Shown here in pieces: positions 24,309-37,945 of a stretch of 64,000 bases of DNA. The number at the start of each line of letters is the position of its first letter. Within the stretch, counting starts at the first letter, position 1. This stretch comes from Octopus bimaculoides. Lineage: Eukaryota. A model generated the notes under the pieces. It was not told the DNA's origin, made no database searches, and saw only the letters and a program-made list of their open reading frames with translations. Location: NCBI RefSeq assembly GCF_001194135.2, contig NC_068982.1, positions 14,922,525-14,986,524 on the forward strand, read 5' to 3'. The position numbers and the translations under genes were made by a program.

Positions 24309-25300
24309 NNNNNNNNNNNNNNNNNNNNNNNNNNNNNNNNNNNNNNNNNNNNNNNNNNNNNNNNNNNNNNNNNNNNNNNNNNNNNNNNNNNNNNNNNNNN
24401 NNNNNNNNNNNNNNNNNNNNNNNNNNNNNNNNNNNNNNNNNNNNNNNNNNNNNNNNNNNNNNNNNNNNNNNNNNNNNNNNNNNNNNNNNNNNNNNNNNNN
24501 NNNNNNNNNNNNNNNNNNNNNNNNNNNNNNNNNNNNNNNNNNNNNNNNNNNNNNNNNNNNNNNNNNNNNNNNNNNNNNNNNNNNNNNNNNNNNNNNNNNN
24601 NNNNNNNNNNNNNNNNNNNNNNNNNNNNNNNNNNNNNNNNNNNNNNNNNNNNNNNNNNNNNNNNNNNNNNNNNNNNNNNNNNNNNNNNNNNNNNNNNNNN
24701 NNNNNNNNNNNNNNNNNNNNNNNNNNNNNNNNNNNNNNNNNNNNNNNNNNNNNNNNNNNNNNNNNNNNNNNNNNNNNNNNNNNNNNNNNNNNNNNNNNNN
24801 NNNNNNNNNNNNNNNNNNNNNNNNNNNNNNNNNNNNNNNNNNNNNNNNNNNNNNNNNNNNNNNNNNNNNNNNNNNNNNNNNNNNNNNNNNNNNNNNNNNN
24901 NNNNNNNNNNNNNNNNNNNNNNNNNNNNNNNNNNNNNNNNNNNNNNNNNNNNNNNNNNNNNNNNNNNNNNNNNNNNNNNNNNNNNNNNNNNNNNNNNNNN
25001 NNNNNNNNNNNNNNNNNNNNNNNNNNNNNNNNNNNNNNNNNNNNNNNNNNNNNNNNNNNNNNNNNNNNNNNNNNNNNNNNNNNNNNNNNNNNNNNNNNNN
25101 NNNNNNNNNNNNNNNNNNNNNNNNNNNNNNNNNNNNNNNNNNNNNNNNNNNNNNNNNNNNNNNNNNNNNNNNNNNNNNNNNNNNNNNNNNNNNNNNNNNN
25201 NNNNNNNNNNNNNNNNNNNNNNNNNNNNNNNNNNNNNNNNNNNNNNNNNNNNNNNNNNNNNNNNNNNNNNNNNNNNNNNNNNNNNNNNNNNNNNNNNNNT
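24309..25300. other. Assembly gap (N-run)
   Basis: N-run. Confidence 1.
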
Positions 25301-25539
25301 GATTTAAGCATCTTAATGAATTCTTTATACTGAAATATATATTGAAGAAGATAAATATGTTCTTTTGAATTTATACGTTTTTGCGTCGTAACTCCTTTAT
25401 TATTATTAATATTACCAAAAGGATCGATTCTTGAAGAGTCTGCATATCTTCACTGTCGTTTTTTTCTGCTATTTAGGTGATGATTTTTTAAGTTAGCTTA
25501 CCAATTATTTTTGTTGGTAGTTAATTTATAATATATTGT

Positions 25540-25579
<40 letters not shown>

Positions 25580-25760
25580 ATCTTTCATTTGTTTCAGTCA
25601 TTAGACTGCAGCCATGCTGGGGCACTGTCCAGAAGAATCTGTAGTCAAATAGATTGACCCCATTACTTATTATTTTTTTGTTACGCTTGGTAGTTATTCT
25701 ATCAGTCTCTTTTACTGAATTGCTAAGTTACAGGGACGTAAGCACACCAACACCAGTTGT

Positions 25761-26144
25761 GAAATAACGATATAATCAAAACTAGTTAAAGGATACGCCT
25801 TTAAAAATGGATTTGTTTCATTGGTCCTTTCAATTAATGGTCTTAAGCATGCAATGAACAAAATAAATGAATTCAGTATAAGTTCATCCTATTGTAAAAT
25901 CGAAGAGTAGATTCAAAATACATGTAAATAATTATATACAAAATATAAGTCAATTAATACATTAAAATTTAAATTAAAATTTTCACGCTGTATTACATAA
26001 ATATTTTACAACAGTATATACCCATACTAGACCATCTATAATATACATATATGCATCAAAATACACAGATGCATACACATAGTTACATACATATACATTT
26101 TTAAAGGTGTATCCTTTAACTAGTTTTGATTATATCGTTATTTC
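25761..26144. repeat. 49-bp inverted repeats about 290 bp apart
   Basis: gaaataacgatataatcaaaactagttaaaggatacgcctttaaaaatg (25761-25809) / reverse complement 26096-26144, 1 mismatch. Confidence 0.9.
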
Positions 26145-26154
26145 TGTTCCATTT

Positions 26155-26209
26155 TAACAAAATTGTCCGACGAACAGGTACATGAAACTCTGAGTAACAA
26201 CTTTTGTTA
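26155..26209 (+). ncRNA. Type-I hammerhead-like motif with CCGACGA core
   Basis: taacaaaattgt-CCGACGA-aca ggta cat-GAAAC-tctga-GTA|acaacttttgtta. Stem I is 12 bp with one bulge; stem II is disrupted, apparently by CpG decay. Confidence 0.55.
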
Positions 26210-26364
26210 TATTTCTGCTGCTTTTAAATAAAGCACATTATTCTACCTCTGGTATTTGAGTACTCTTATTTTCACCTTGTTTCACATTTATGAGCTTACT
26301 CCGGTATATATATATATGTGTATAGATATATATATATAGAGATATATATATATATATATATATA

Positions 26365-26710
26365 TACACGACAGGCTTTTTTCAGTTTCCATCAGCCAAA
26401 TCCACTCACAAGGCTTTGGTTGGCCAGAGGCTATAGTAGAAGACACTTGCCCAAGGTACCATGCACTGGGACTGAACCTGGAACCATGTAGTTAGTAAGC
26501 AAACTACTTACCAAACAGCCACTCCTGCACCTATATGTATACACATGACAGGATTCTTTCAGTTTCCGTCTACCAACTTTACTCACAAGGTTTTGGTCAA
26601 CCCAAGACTAATATAATAGACACTTACCCAGGGTGCCATGCAGTGGGACTGAACCCAGAACCATGTGGTTGGGGAAGCAAGCTTCTTACCACACAGCGAC
26701 ACCTGCACCT
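26365..26710 (-). mobile_element. Two tandem SINE A head halves
   Basis: Two consecutive copies of caggc(t)tctttcagtttcc...ccacacagc(c/g)ac. Confidence 0.8.
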
Positions 26711-27309
26711 CTCTATGTATATATAGTACTGCTCAAATCTTTATAATTTCCTTTTACTTACCAAATTTCTCCATCTTAAATGCTTTAAACAAAAATGTCC
26801 TAAGAATGGCTAATGGCATGCATTTGTGCAACATAGACAGATAGAGGAATATTAAATGCCATACAATATAAAACCTCTTTCTACCTTTCCTAACTGGAGC
26901 ATCACTGGCAATCTCCCACCTCAAAATTTATCACTCCATCCACCCTTCAACCCTTCCCAATCTTTGTAGTTGTTGCCTGACTCCCCTCCCTATTTTCCCT
27001 CTCTCTTGACCCCTCTCCCATTTCCCCTATCTCTTGACCCCCTCCCCCATACACTCCAAGCTTCCTTGACCTCGTTCACTTCTGCTCACCTCATACCTGA
27101 AGGTACCACCTGGACGCCTCATCACCACTATTTATCCCTTTACTGCTGCTACTGATTCATTTTCTCTTTTCCCTAAATGGGAATAGCCATATTGCTCCTC
27201 TAAAACAAGAACCTGCTTTGCCACAACCCTTTCCCTCATACCTTAAACCCCATCTAGCAAAAAGATGTCCGTCATCCTTGCATTTTGTAATATTGTGAGC
27301 TACACAGCA

Positions 27310-27525
27310 ACCTCACTAATGCCAGTGGTATGGAAAAAGCACCCAGTACACACAATAAAGTGGTTGGCATTAGGAAGGACATTCTGCCACAGAAACCATC
27401 CCGAAACAGATGTTGGAGTACAATGCAATCCTTGGATCCATTGAATCCTGTCAAACAGTCCAACCTATGCCAGCATGGAACATGGACATTATTAATATTT
27501 ATGCAGCTTCTGATGATGATGATGT
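27310..27525 (+). mobile_element. Family C copy
   Basis: tggttggcattaggaagg...ctatgccagcatggaacatggacatt. Confidence 0.75.
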
Positions 27526-27591
27526 TGAGAAGGAGGAAGAGGAGGAGAATCTCCACTGCTAGAGAATGTATTATAATGTATGTGTGTGTGC

Positions 27592-27914
27592 GGTAAAGGT
27601 GTATGGCTTAGTGTTTAGGGCATTCAACTCGCAATCATGAGATAACGAGTTTGATATCTTGTGGCATATTGTATTCTTGAGCAAGGCACTTTATTTCACG
27701 TTGCCCCAGTCCACTCAGCTGGCAAAAACGAATAATACCTGTATTTCAAAGGGCCAACCTTGTCACGTTCTGTGTCATGCTGGATCTTCTTGAGAACTAC
27801 ATTAAGGGTACGTGTGTTCGTGGAGCGCTCAGCTACTTGCATGTCAGTTTCCCAAGCAGGTTGTTCCATTGATCCGATCAACTGGAACCTCCATCACCAT
27901 AACTGATGGGAAGC

Positions 27915-27915
<1 letters not shown>
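27592..27915 (+). mobile_element. SINE family D
   Basis: tggcttagtgtttaggg head, ttgagcaaggcacttt core, shared body. Confidence 0.8.
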
Positions 27916-27949
<34 letters not shown>

Positions 27950-28272
27950 TTTCTGTACCTAATTTGGCACTAGGGATTTGAGTGCAGATCAGCAGTGGAC
28001 TTTCTTAATAGTTGTAAAATAAAAAAACAAACTTAGGCTTTCTGGTATTTAATTACTTGTTTCTTAACTTGTTTTTAGTAAATTTTTACTTGCATAGGGC
28101 ACATGACCTTAGATTTCTAAGGATATAACACTGGAACTTCGTTTTTGTATTTGGTTTGCAAGATTCTTTATGTGAATTCATGTGTTGAAGCATGTTCTGT
28201 TGTGTCTGGGGAGAGTCATTCTCTTTTAGTGCCTTATTAATTAAGAGAATCACCAGTTTGATTTCCACTCAT

Positions 28273-28667
28273 TTACTTACTCTCTTTTACTTGTTTTAGT
28301 CATTTGACTGTGGCCATGCTGAAGCACCACCTTTAGTCGAACAAATCGACCCCAGGACTTATTCTTTGCAAGCCTAGTACTTATTCTGTGGGTCTCTTTT
28401 GCCGAACCGCTAAGTTACAGGGACGTAAACACACCAGCATTGATTGTCAAGCGCTGTTGGGGGAGACAAACACAGACACGCAAACATATACACACACATA
28501 CATATATACGACGGGTTTCTTTCAGTTTCTGTCTACCAAATCCACTCACAAGGCTTTGGTTAGCCCGAGGCTATAGTAGAAGACACTTTCCCAAAGTGCC
28601 ATGCAGTGGGACTGAACCCAGAACTATGTGGTTCATAAGCAAGCTACTTACCACACAGCCACTCCTA
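28273..28667 (-). mobile_element. SINE family A, full length
   Basis: Complete head, body and tail. Confidence 0.85.
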
Positions 28668-30910
28668 CTTATAATTTATTTTTTTCTATGTTCTACTTAT
28701 ATTTTCCATGTTCTAAATAAATAATTAAATAAGTGGTGAGTGTGTTAAATAATAAGGCACTAAAAAAGAATGACTCTCTCCAGACACACTAAAACATTGG
28801 AACTGTTGTAACATTTGTACCTGTCCAAGAAATAGATTTACTTCTCCAAGACCTTACATAAGCTCTGTGGCACCTAAGTGGTTAGTAATTCGATTTCGTG
28901 TGTGTGTGCATAAATGTTGCCATTCTGCTTCTCTTGTGAGATCAACTGAGTGAAAAATGGTGTAATCACATTTACACTCCCAGGAAACATTATGTCCTGA
29001 AGCTCTGCTTTCTTGAAGCCATGGAATAAAACTTTCTTGAAACAGGGAAGAACTGGTGACTAGAAAATACCCAGCCATAAAAATACTGCCTCTCAAATAA
29101 GTACCCATCCAGCTTACACCTGCATAGAAAAATAGTTTCAAAACAGTTGAAGAAATATAGATGAATTTATGTATATGTATATGCATGTATACCTGCATAT
29201 ACATACACTGATTATTCTAAAGTATATCTATACAAATCAGTCTATCAAAAACTAAATGATATAAAGAAGTAACAGTAGAGATTCTATGGTATCTTGTCTG
29301 CCATAAAATCTCCCGATAGTAACATCCTATCCTTTGATTTATTTCTAGGAAATCTTGTCTGTTCTCCTTGATCGTGTTTCCTCTTCTAACCTATTTTCTC
29401 ATTCTGGCTTGTGCAAAATATTCTTCCCTAACATCATCGTTCATATTTTGCTTTTCTTTTTTCTTTGCCTTTTCCCCAATCTTTCACTGTATCTTCTTTG
29501 CCTCTCTTGATTCAATTCTCACTGTCGTGCTCTATAACCATTATCTGCTGTATCATACCAAACTCTTTTTCAGTTATAAAATAATTCAAGAAGAACTTGG
29601 TATTATGTTGTTGGTAACACGTTTATCCAGGATAGACAATTACATGACTTTTAAGAAAGTCAGTAACATAGTTATTAGTTTATAGACTGTTGGAAAACAC
29701 CATGTATAGGATATACCATTGCATACATTTTATAAAGAAGCTTAGGAGTACAATTATTACTGTATAGATAAAAGAACAGATTGATAGAATTTCAATCTTC
29801 ATGACAGTGACTTGTCTACGATGCTTGTGCTAAATCATCAGGTAAATAGTAAGAGAAAATCAACTGCTACTGGTACATGCACACATACACGCTCACACAC
29901 ATATGAATGTTTATGCCATGTACACATATGCACAATTCTCTCTCTCTCTCTCCCTATATATATCATACACTTTTACCATCCCCTTTTCATAGTATGATCA
30001 ATTTTTTACACTATAGGAATCTATCATTAGCACTTAGATCAATGGCTTTAAGTTTAAAAAATACATAGAAGACTATGACTTAACGAATTTCTTTTCAAAT
30101 AATCCTTGTATATAACTAAAAAGATATTGTTTGTATTACATATAGTAATGGTTTCTTGGTTTCTACCTTAGGCACATGACCAGAGGTTTTGAAGGGAATG
30201 TGTTAGTTGATACAGTGAACCCCAGTACTTGATTGGTACTTTATTTTATCCACCCTGAGGGTTAAAAGGCAAAGTTGAACTCGGGACATAAAGAGCTGGA
30301 AGAAATACCACTAGGTATTTCTTGTCTGTAACTCAAATAAAAGAAGGAAACTAAATAGCAGAATAAATATTTGAAGTTGATAGGAATAGAGAAAGGGCAA
30401 ATTTTTTATGTGAAAATAATTTAACAAAAAAGAATAATAAAATATCACACTAAAAGATTTTTTTTTAGAATTATTTTAAAGTGAGCAAATGACATTCTGA
30501 TTAATTAATTTGGTTAATGGAAAACAGCTAAATGGACAAATTATTTTCGTCATGTTTGCTAGGCAGAAAGCTTAAATTCTGCTTTCTTCAATTCATTTAC
30601 TAGTGAAAAATTGGTACCAACAGTATTACAAGTGAAAAACTGGGGTTATATCTGTGTGAGAGATACATCTCTTAGACATTTTACAATAGTGAGAATTAGG
30701 AAGTCTCTATGCTTGTTAAACCTATCTAAAATAGCAGTCAAATCTTTCTCAAATTCCGTCTTATTGGATAATAAAGTCCTAAGCTATATAATGTTTGGAA
30801 AAATATAACTGCTTCTAATGCCTTTAATGATGGGTTTGTTCAGACCAGGCAACCAAAACAATACACAGTACAGAGATAAAACATCACTTTTGAAACCAAT
30901 TTGAACAAGT

Positions 30911-31284
30911 AGGCACAGGAGTTGTTGTGTGGTAAATAACTTGCTTACCAACCACATGGTTCCCGGTTCAGTCCCACTGCATAGCACCTTGAGCAAGGGT
31001 CTTCTACTATAGCCTTGTGAGTGGATTTGGTAGACAGAAACTGAAAGAAGCCCTTCGTATATATACATATATATATATATATATTGTGTGTGTGTCTGTG
31101 TTTGTACTCCCACCATCGCTTGACAACCGATGCTGGTGTGTTTACGTCCCTGTAACTTAGCGGTTCAGCAAAAGAGACCGATAGAATAAGTACTAGGCTT
31201 ACAAAGAATAAGTCAATTTGTTCGACTAAAGGCAGTGCTCCATCATGGCCACAGTCAAATGGCTGAAACAAATAAAAGAGTAAG
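30911..31284 (+). mobile_element. SINE family A, full length
   Basis: aggcacaggagttgttgtgtgg...ggttcagtccc...gtgctccatcatggccacagtcaaatggctgaaacaaataaaagagtaa. Confidence 0.85.
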
Positions 31285-32056
31285 TAGTTTTTTTTAAAAT
31301 TAATTTAAATTTAAAATCAAATTAAATCTACATAAAATGTTTAGCGCTTAGACATTTATATATATATTAAAGAATTCTCAGATTTTGGGCAGATTCTTTA
31401 AAGTATATTTAGCAGTGAACTATGTGAATTTGCCAAGAATATGTAGTTGTCAGAGTAAGCATAGAAAATGATTGCTTTTCCAAGATGTGAATGTTTTGCA
31501 ATAGACAAGATGTTTAAATCCTTCATAAGACACCATGGTTTCATATAATAATCATATCATTGACTGCAATGAAAAGAAAAAATAAACATCAAAATTAAAA
31601 AAAAGAAAAAACAGTATATTTAATCAGGGACTGCTGAATATTTCTGTGAAATTTATGCAAATAATACTACAAAAATACTTTGGGGTTATACTTTATTTAT
31701 TTGTAGACATCTCAGTTTACATTCTGCAAGCAATAATGATGATGAAATATTTGTTTATTTCCTTGTTTGTTTTGGTTGTTTTTTTCTTTTAAAAATATAC
31801 AGCATCTGGGAAATTGTTATTCTTCTTGGTAGCTCAGTCTTTGTGAAGCTTCTTTCATCCTCAAGGTGTTTTAACATTTCTATCAATGTTTTTTTTTTTT
31901 ATGGTTACAACCAGCTAGAGTTCTTCCATGGTGATTCTCTTGTTCTTCTTTATAAATATGTATATGTATGTATGTGTATGCAGATGTACGTATGTATGTA
32001 TATATATACATATGTGTGTGTGTGTATAATTGTATGTATGTCTATATATGTATATA

Positions 32057-32149
<93 letters not shown>

Positions 32150-32169
32150 CACATAAATGTTATCTTGTT

Positions 32170-32527
32170 GTGGTTATTAGATTGCAGCCATGAATTTTAG
32201 TGGCAGGAATCAACCCCAATACTTTTATTTGGTTGAGCCTGCTGCTTATTGTATTGGTTTCTTTGGCCAAACCACTAAGTTACAGGGATATAAATACACC
32301 AATACTGGTTGTCAAGTGGTGGTGGAGGACAAATATAGGCATGCACACGCACATACACACATATACGACAAGCTTCTTTCAGTTTCCATCTCCCAAATCT
32401 ATTCACAAGGCTTTGATTGTCCCAAGGCTATAGTAGAAGACACTTACCTACCCAAGGTGTCATGTGGTGGGACTGAACCCAGAATCATGTGGTTGGGAAA
32501 CAAACTTCTTACTACACAGCCATGCCT
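32170..32527 (-). mobile_element. SINE family A
   Basis: Diverged full-length copy. Confidence 0.75.
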
Positions 32528-32551
32528 GTATATATATATGCATTCATATAC

Positions 32552-32598
<47 letters not shown>

Positions 32599-32865
32599 NN
32601 NNNNNNNNNNNNNNNNNNNNNNNNNNNNNNNNNNNNNNNNNNNNNNNNNNNNNNNNNNNNNNNNNNNNNNNNNNNNNNNNNNNNNNNNNNNNNNATATAT
32701 ATTCAGTTCTTTCATTGTGCCTTCCCAGCTAGAACTGGGCTGCACCATAATTTGTGTTTTGTTTTGAGAGGGCATTCATAGCAGCTTTCAGCTCCTTTGT
32801 TCATACACTTGCATACATATTGGATTGACTTGATTGTATGGCAGAACTCCTCATCAGTGTATAAA

Positions 32866-33470
32866 CAGTGTCATCGCTAAGCCCCTGCAATCCCTGCGGT
32901 CACAGGGGGCCTCGGCGGTTGAGGGGCCCCATGTTAAGATCAAAGTACATAGATGAGTTATCTATTTACTTTGGTTAAGATGTTGAACAAGAGTTGAACT
33001 ATCCATGTTAACTGAAAATTTCAAGACAAAATGGTAATACATTATACCTACAGAAGTTCTTGTAAAAATATTACATTATACCACAAACGTGTACCAGATT
33101 TTGTAGATTGTCTATGATATCTATTGAACGTGAACTTAACTCTCAACTTGATTATTCTGAACTTAACAATGATTTCGAGAAGCAAAAAGTGTGCCATGTT
33201 TGTCTTTGAAAGTTGCCTGGATTATAAAAATTCGCTTTTATTCATGTCTGGAAGTTTTACTTATTGAAATTTGAAATAAGCCTTAATAAATTTAACTTGT
33301 TGTGCTTTTAAAGATGTTTTTTAGGATAACATGAAACATTGAACTTCAGATAGAATGAAATAAAATATAGCCATGAATAAAAGGTGCGTAGATTATGAAT
33401 TTTGATTGAAGGGATTGGGCCTCGAAACAAAAAGTTGCAGGGGGCCTCAAAAAGTCATGTGACAGCGCTG
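32866..33470. mobile_element. Non-autonomous hAT-type DNA transposon (605 bp)
   Basis: Ends cagtgtcatc / gacagcgctg (short imperfect TIR), GC-rich gggggcc(c/t) subterminal blocks, 8-bp TSD tgtataaa (32858-32865) / tgtataca (33471-33478). Confidence 0.75.
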
Positions 33471-34267
33471 TGTATACATCAAGCACAACAGTAGACAATT
33501 AGGCAACATAAGTTGTTCATCTCAGCATCCTTAACATTTATTGTTTTTTCTTGGCTATACAACCTCCATTTTTGGGTCTCCCCCAATATGAATTTCTTTT
33601 ATCAGTTTCCTAGGATACATTTTGATACATTGTTTTTCATTCAGAGATCTGTTGAATTTAGGAGCCCACATGAGCCATTCTCACTTACATACACCACACA
33701 CACACACACCTGCACACCTCTCTCTCTCTCTCTCTCTCTCTCCCTCATACACACACACACATACACAGACCTTACCAATGCTATTATCTTTTTTATGGCA
33801 GCTCACTTTTGCTATATATTTTCTTTCTCACATGAATATTCTGCTAACCAGATTAGCTACCTGATATGTTGAATGTATCGTACAATAAACCTGTGTTTTA
33901 CCATCAAATCATTCCATTTTTCTTCTATTTTATTTTGAAGCTCATAGAAATACAATGCTCTTATATGATAATATAGACAAGATTATAGGTTACAGAATTA
34001 TATCACTCCTCAAAAAAAAGCTTCTCATTCCATACTTAAAAAAAGAGTATATAAGCAACAACAAGAAATAGGATTGATTTATTTATATATTTCCTCTGAA
34101 TTAAAACTGCATGGTATCTAAAAGAAGTCCCTTGTAATTTCACTTCATTGGTAACAGCAGTACTTCATGTATCTATCTCAGGCTTTATTTATTTTCTCCA
34201 TTAATTCATGGCTCTTTGTACCCAGGGAATCACTAACCATCTTTTTTTGCTCTTCAAACTATTTTCC

Positions 34268-34645
34268 TTTTATGGCTGTGTGGTGAGAAGCTTGCTTCCC
34301 AACAACATGTTTCTGGGTTCAATTCCACTGCACTGCACCTTAGGCAAGTGTCTCCTACTATATCCTTAGCCTGACCAAAGACTTGTGAGTGGATTTGGTA
34401 AACGGAAACTGAAAGAAGCTTGTTGTGCGTGTTTGTCTTTGTGTCTCTGTCCCCCACCACCACTTGACAATTGGTGTTGGTGTGTTTATGTCCTTGTAAC
34501 TTAGCTGTTTGGCAAAAGAAACCAATAGAATATATACCAGGCTTAAAATGACTATAAATACTGGGATCAAGTAGTTCAGTTAAAATTCTTCAAAGTGGTG
34601 CTCCAGCATGGCCGCAGTCTAATGACTAAAACAAGTAAAAGATAA
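34268..34645 (+). mobile_element. SINE family A
   Basis: tggctgtgtggtgagaag head to ggtgctccagcatggccgcagtctaatgactaaaacaagtaaaag tail. Confidence 0.8.
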
Positions 34646-35294
34646 CTAATAAAAAAATCCTCTATCTCAGTATATGAACATTCGTCTGTGGGGAAGAATG
34701 GTTCCATTTCTTCCCTGACCCAAATACGAAACCACTCCCATGTAGTTATAGATTCCCTGGCACACACAAAAAAAAACAAAAACACAAATGGGGGGAAACT
34801 GGTTTTTCATGCTTGAGTATTGACTTTTCCATGTTTTTAGTTGTTGATGTGTATTGTTAATTGAAACAGAAAAATAAATAACACATTGTTAGATATGAGA
34901 TATTAGGCCTCTAACTTTTAAGCTGCAGAATTTGTTTTGTGAATCAATTTGCTATTTTTACCTTTAGAAACTTGTATTCATATCAATTAATGATTAATAG
35001 ATTTTTGATGATTACATATTTATGTTTCTGAGATAAGCCATTGCAAGACTAGTTTGAAATATACTGACTATTAAACCTTTTTCTGTTTTCTACAATACAA
35101 TTTTGATCAATGATTCCCTGATTATCTTCATATGGTTTTTACCAATTAAGAGTACTGTGGCTCTGTTTTATAAATAAAGATTCTGGATTCAAATGCTTTC
35201 CCCCATTATATATATCTTTTCTCTTTTACTTATTTCAGTCATTAGATAGCGACCATACTTGGGCACCACCTTGCCAAAGATATATACATTGGTT

Positions 35295-35480
35295 TCAGAT
35301 CTTAACACAAGGCTAGCAATTTTTGGGGAAGGGGTAAGTTGATTACATCAACCTCAGTATTCAACTGGCATTTTATCATCCCCAAAAGGATGAAAGGCAA
35401 AGTTGACCTCAGTGGAATTTGAACTTAGAACTTAAAGACGGATGAAATTCCACGAAGCATTTTGCCTGGTGTGCTAGTGA
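35295..35480 (-). mobile_element. SINE family B
   Basis: Reverse-complement core aaaaggatgaaaggcaaagttgacctcagtggaatttgaact. Confidence 0.75.
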
Positions 35481-35507
35481 TTCTGCAAGTTCATCACCTT
35501 AAATATG

Positions 35508-35579
<72 letters not shown>

Positions 35580-35580
<1 letters not shown>

Positions 35581-35875
35581 GTAGAAAGCACCATTTGAGT
35601 GTGGCCAATGCTGGTGCCGCCTGACTGGCTCCTGTGCTGGTGGCATGTAAAATACACCATTCAAGAATGACCGATGCCAGTGTTGCCTGACTGGCCCCCA
35701 TGCCAGTGGCACATAAAAAGCACCCACTACACTCTCGAAGTGGTCGGCATTAGGAACGGCATCCAACCATAGAAACCCTGTGAAAACAGACAAGTGCAGC
35801 ATGGGGCAGCTCTCCATCTTGCCAGTTCCTGTCAAGCCATTCAATCCATGCCAGCATGAAAAATGGACCTTAAAT
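35580..35875 (+). mobile_element. Family C copy with about 60-bp internal tandem units
   Basis: Repeated gtggca(t/c)gtaaaa(a/t)..cacca units before the conserved box. Confidence 0.8.
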
Positions 35876-36019
35876 GGGTGGTTTCTTACGTGGTGCCAGC
35901 ATAGGTGCTTAAAGCAGAGAATAGACCCATTCAAAGGAAACAGAAATAGATGTACTTAATAGAGTAGAAATTTCTAAACTATTATTGATACATCATAAAT
36001 ATTTTCTTTTTCATCTGTC

Positions 36020-36415
36020 TTTACATTCTGAGTTAAAATTCTGCTGAGGTCAACTTTGCGTTTCATCCTTTTGGGGTCAATATATTAAGTACCAGTTGCA
36101 TACTGGGTCGATCTAATCGACTGGCCTCCTCCCCAAAAATTTTAGGCCTTGTGCCTAGAGTAGAAAAGAATATTTTTTCTACTTAGGGTAGCAAGCTGGC
36201 AGAATCGTTAGCATGACGAGCGAAATGCTTAATGGTATTTCGTCTGCCGTTATGTTCTGAGTTCAAATTCCACTGAGGTCGACTTTGCCTTTCTTCCTTT
36301 TGGAGGTCAATAAATTAAGTACCAGTTGCATACTGGGTCAATCTAATCGACTGCCACCCCCAAACCCCCCTCCTCAAAAATTTTGGGCATTGTGCCTAGA
36401 ATAGAAAAGAAATCT
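36020..36415 (+). mobile_element. Two tandem SINE B copies
   Basis: Partial copy 36020-36170 and near-full copy 36190-36415. Confidence 0.8.
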
Positions 36416-37286
36416 TTTCTTTTGGCCTACATGTCATACTTCGGAAAGTAGGAACCTAACAGAGTAAATTGTATATAATTGACAGAAGCCAATGGGAAAC
36501 CACTTCTGTCTTTCCCAAGAAACAAATCATGTACCTTCAGACTCTGGCATGGAGATCCATGAGTGTCAGTGCCTATGGACATAGCAGATGAAGGACTGAG
36601 AGCTCTGTAGCATGGGTGTGTTTAAACAGAGCTGACTAAAGAGCTGCTTAGCAACAGCTTCTGGCTCTAACAATTCCTGAAAATAAACACCTTCACCATC
36701 AGTAGATTTGTTGATATGGCAACAAAATATTTGCTTTATAATCTCCCTATTATCTGAAGAGAAAATTAAAAATCAATGTGATTGAATGTAGAGTTTGGAT
36801 GTAAACTATACGAAAGCAAGACATATGAGCACTGTTCCTATATTTTGGTATTTATTAATTAGGCAGATATGTTTCTCGTATATAACAAATACTACATTCA
36901 ACCTTCAAGTGGGGGAGGGGGTCTTTACACAAGTTACTCAACCTGCTAGAAATAGCAGCCAAATTTGGCTCATTACACCCTACTAGCTTGCTATCGTATA
37001 ATGTTATCTCTAGGTCAGATCTCATTGAGCAGACCTATGACCAAAGTGGTTTGTGAACACTTGAAGAAGAAAGAAGAGAAGGAATTGGTAGAATCAGGAA
37101 ATCATCTGAAAAATACTTTGCAGCATTTGTACAGATTCTTCACATTTTGAGTTCAAATCCTACCAAGGTCAACTTTGCCTTTCAACTTTGAGGTTGATAA
37201 GCTAAAATACCAGACAAGTACGGGGGGTGGGGGTGGGGGGTCAATGCTATCAACTAATTCCCACCACCAAAATTGTTAGCCAAGTA

Positions 37287-37835
37287 AGAGAGCAGTGCAT
37301 GCCATCAAAGTGATACTGGGGTAAAATATACGAAGCCCAATATACCCATCAAGACTACCCATCTGATAAGGATACACCAGGCACATGCATCACAACCATA
37401 TGTGCACGACATAGTGATCTCATATCAAGATAAATAGCGCATGACCTTGCAGGTTGGGCCCAGTTAGAATTTTCTTCAGGTCAAGTAGCCCATCCTAACA
37501 AAAGGTCCTTGAATAAGGTTTGTTTAAGGATATTGGACGAAACACCCATGTTTCCAGAAGTAAATTATTCAAACCCCTAAAAATTCTTCTTAACACATGG
37601 CTATGATACTTCCCCCACTACTTCTGCTTATGATCAGAGATGCATATATAGTCAGCCACCAAGGGACATGCTCAACTGGTTAAGGTCAAACAACTGACAA
37701 GCAAATCTGTGATATTGAGCAGAATATTTGCTGTAGCCCATCTTTTATACCGAGACAAACAATATACATGACAACACTTCCAATCAGTTAAGATTAGAAG
37801 CCATGAGAGCCACTGCCTGGTACTGCATCAGGGCA
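37287..37835 (-). mobile_element. About 550-bp dispersed retroposon-like repeat, copy 2
   Basis: Same sequence as 887-1413 (agagcagtgcatgccatcaaagtg...gcctggtactgcatcagggca). Confidence 0.7.
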
Positions 37836-37945
37836 TTTCCCCCTCATCCTACACCCTTGTGGCAAATAAATGAAATCATTATTATTATTATGTTTATATA
37901 TTCATTTTGCAAGATTCTTGATGTGAATTTGTGTGTTGAAACACA

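Noticed and set aside
29330-29520. Possible further R4-type LINE remnant (MNDDVREEYFAQARM on minus)
   Set aside because: Similarity too weak to call by eye.
35580-35720. Regular about 60-bp repeats resembling a CRISPR array
   Set aside because: Eukaryotic SINE-internal tandem units with no unique spacers and no cas genes.
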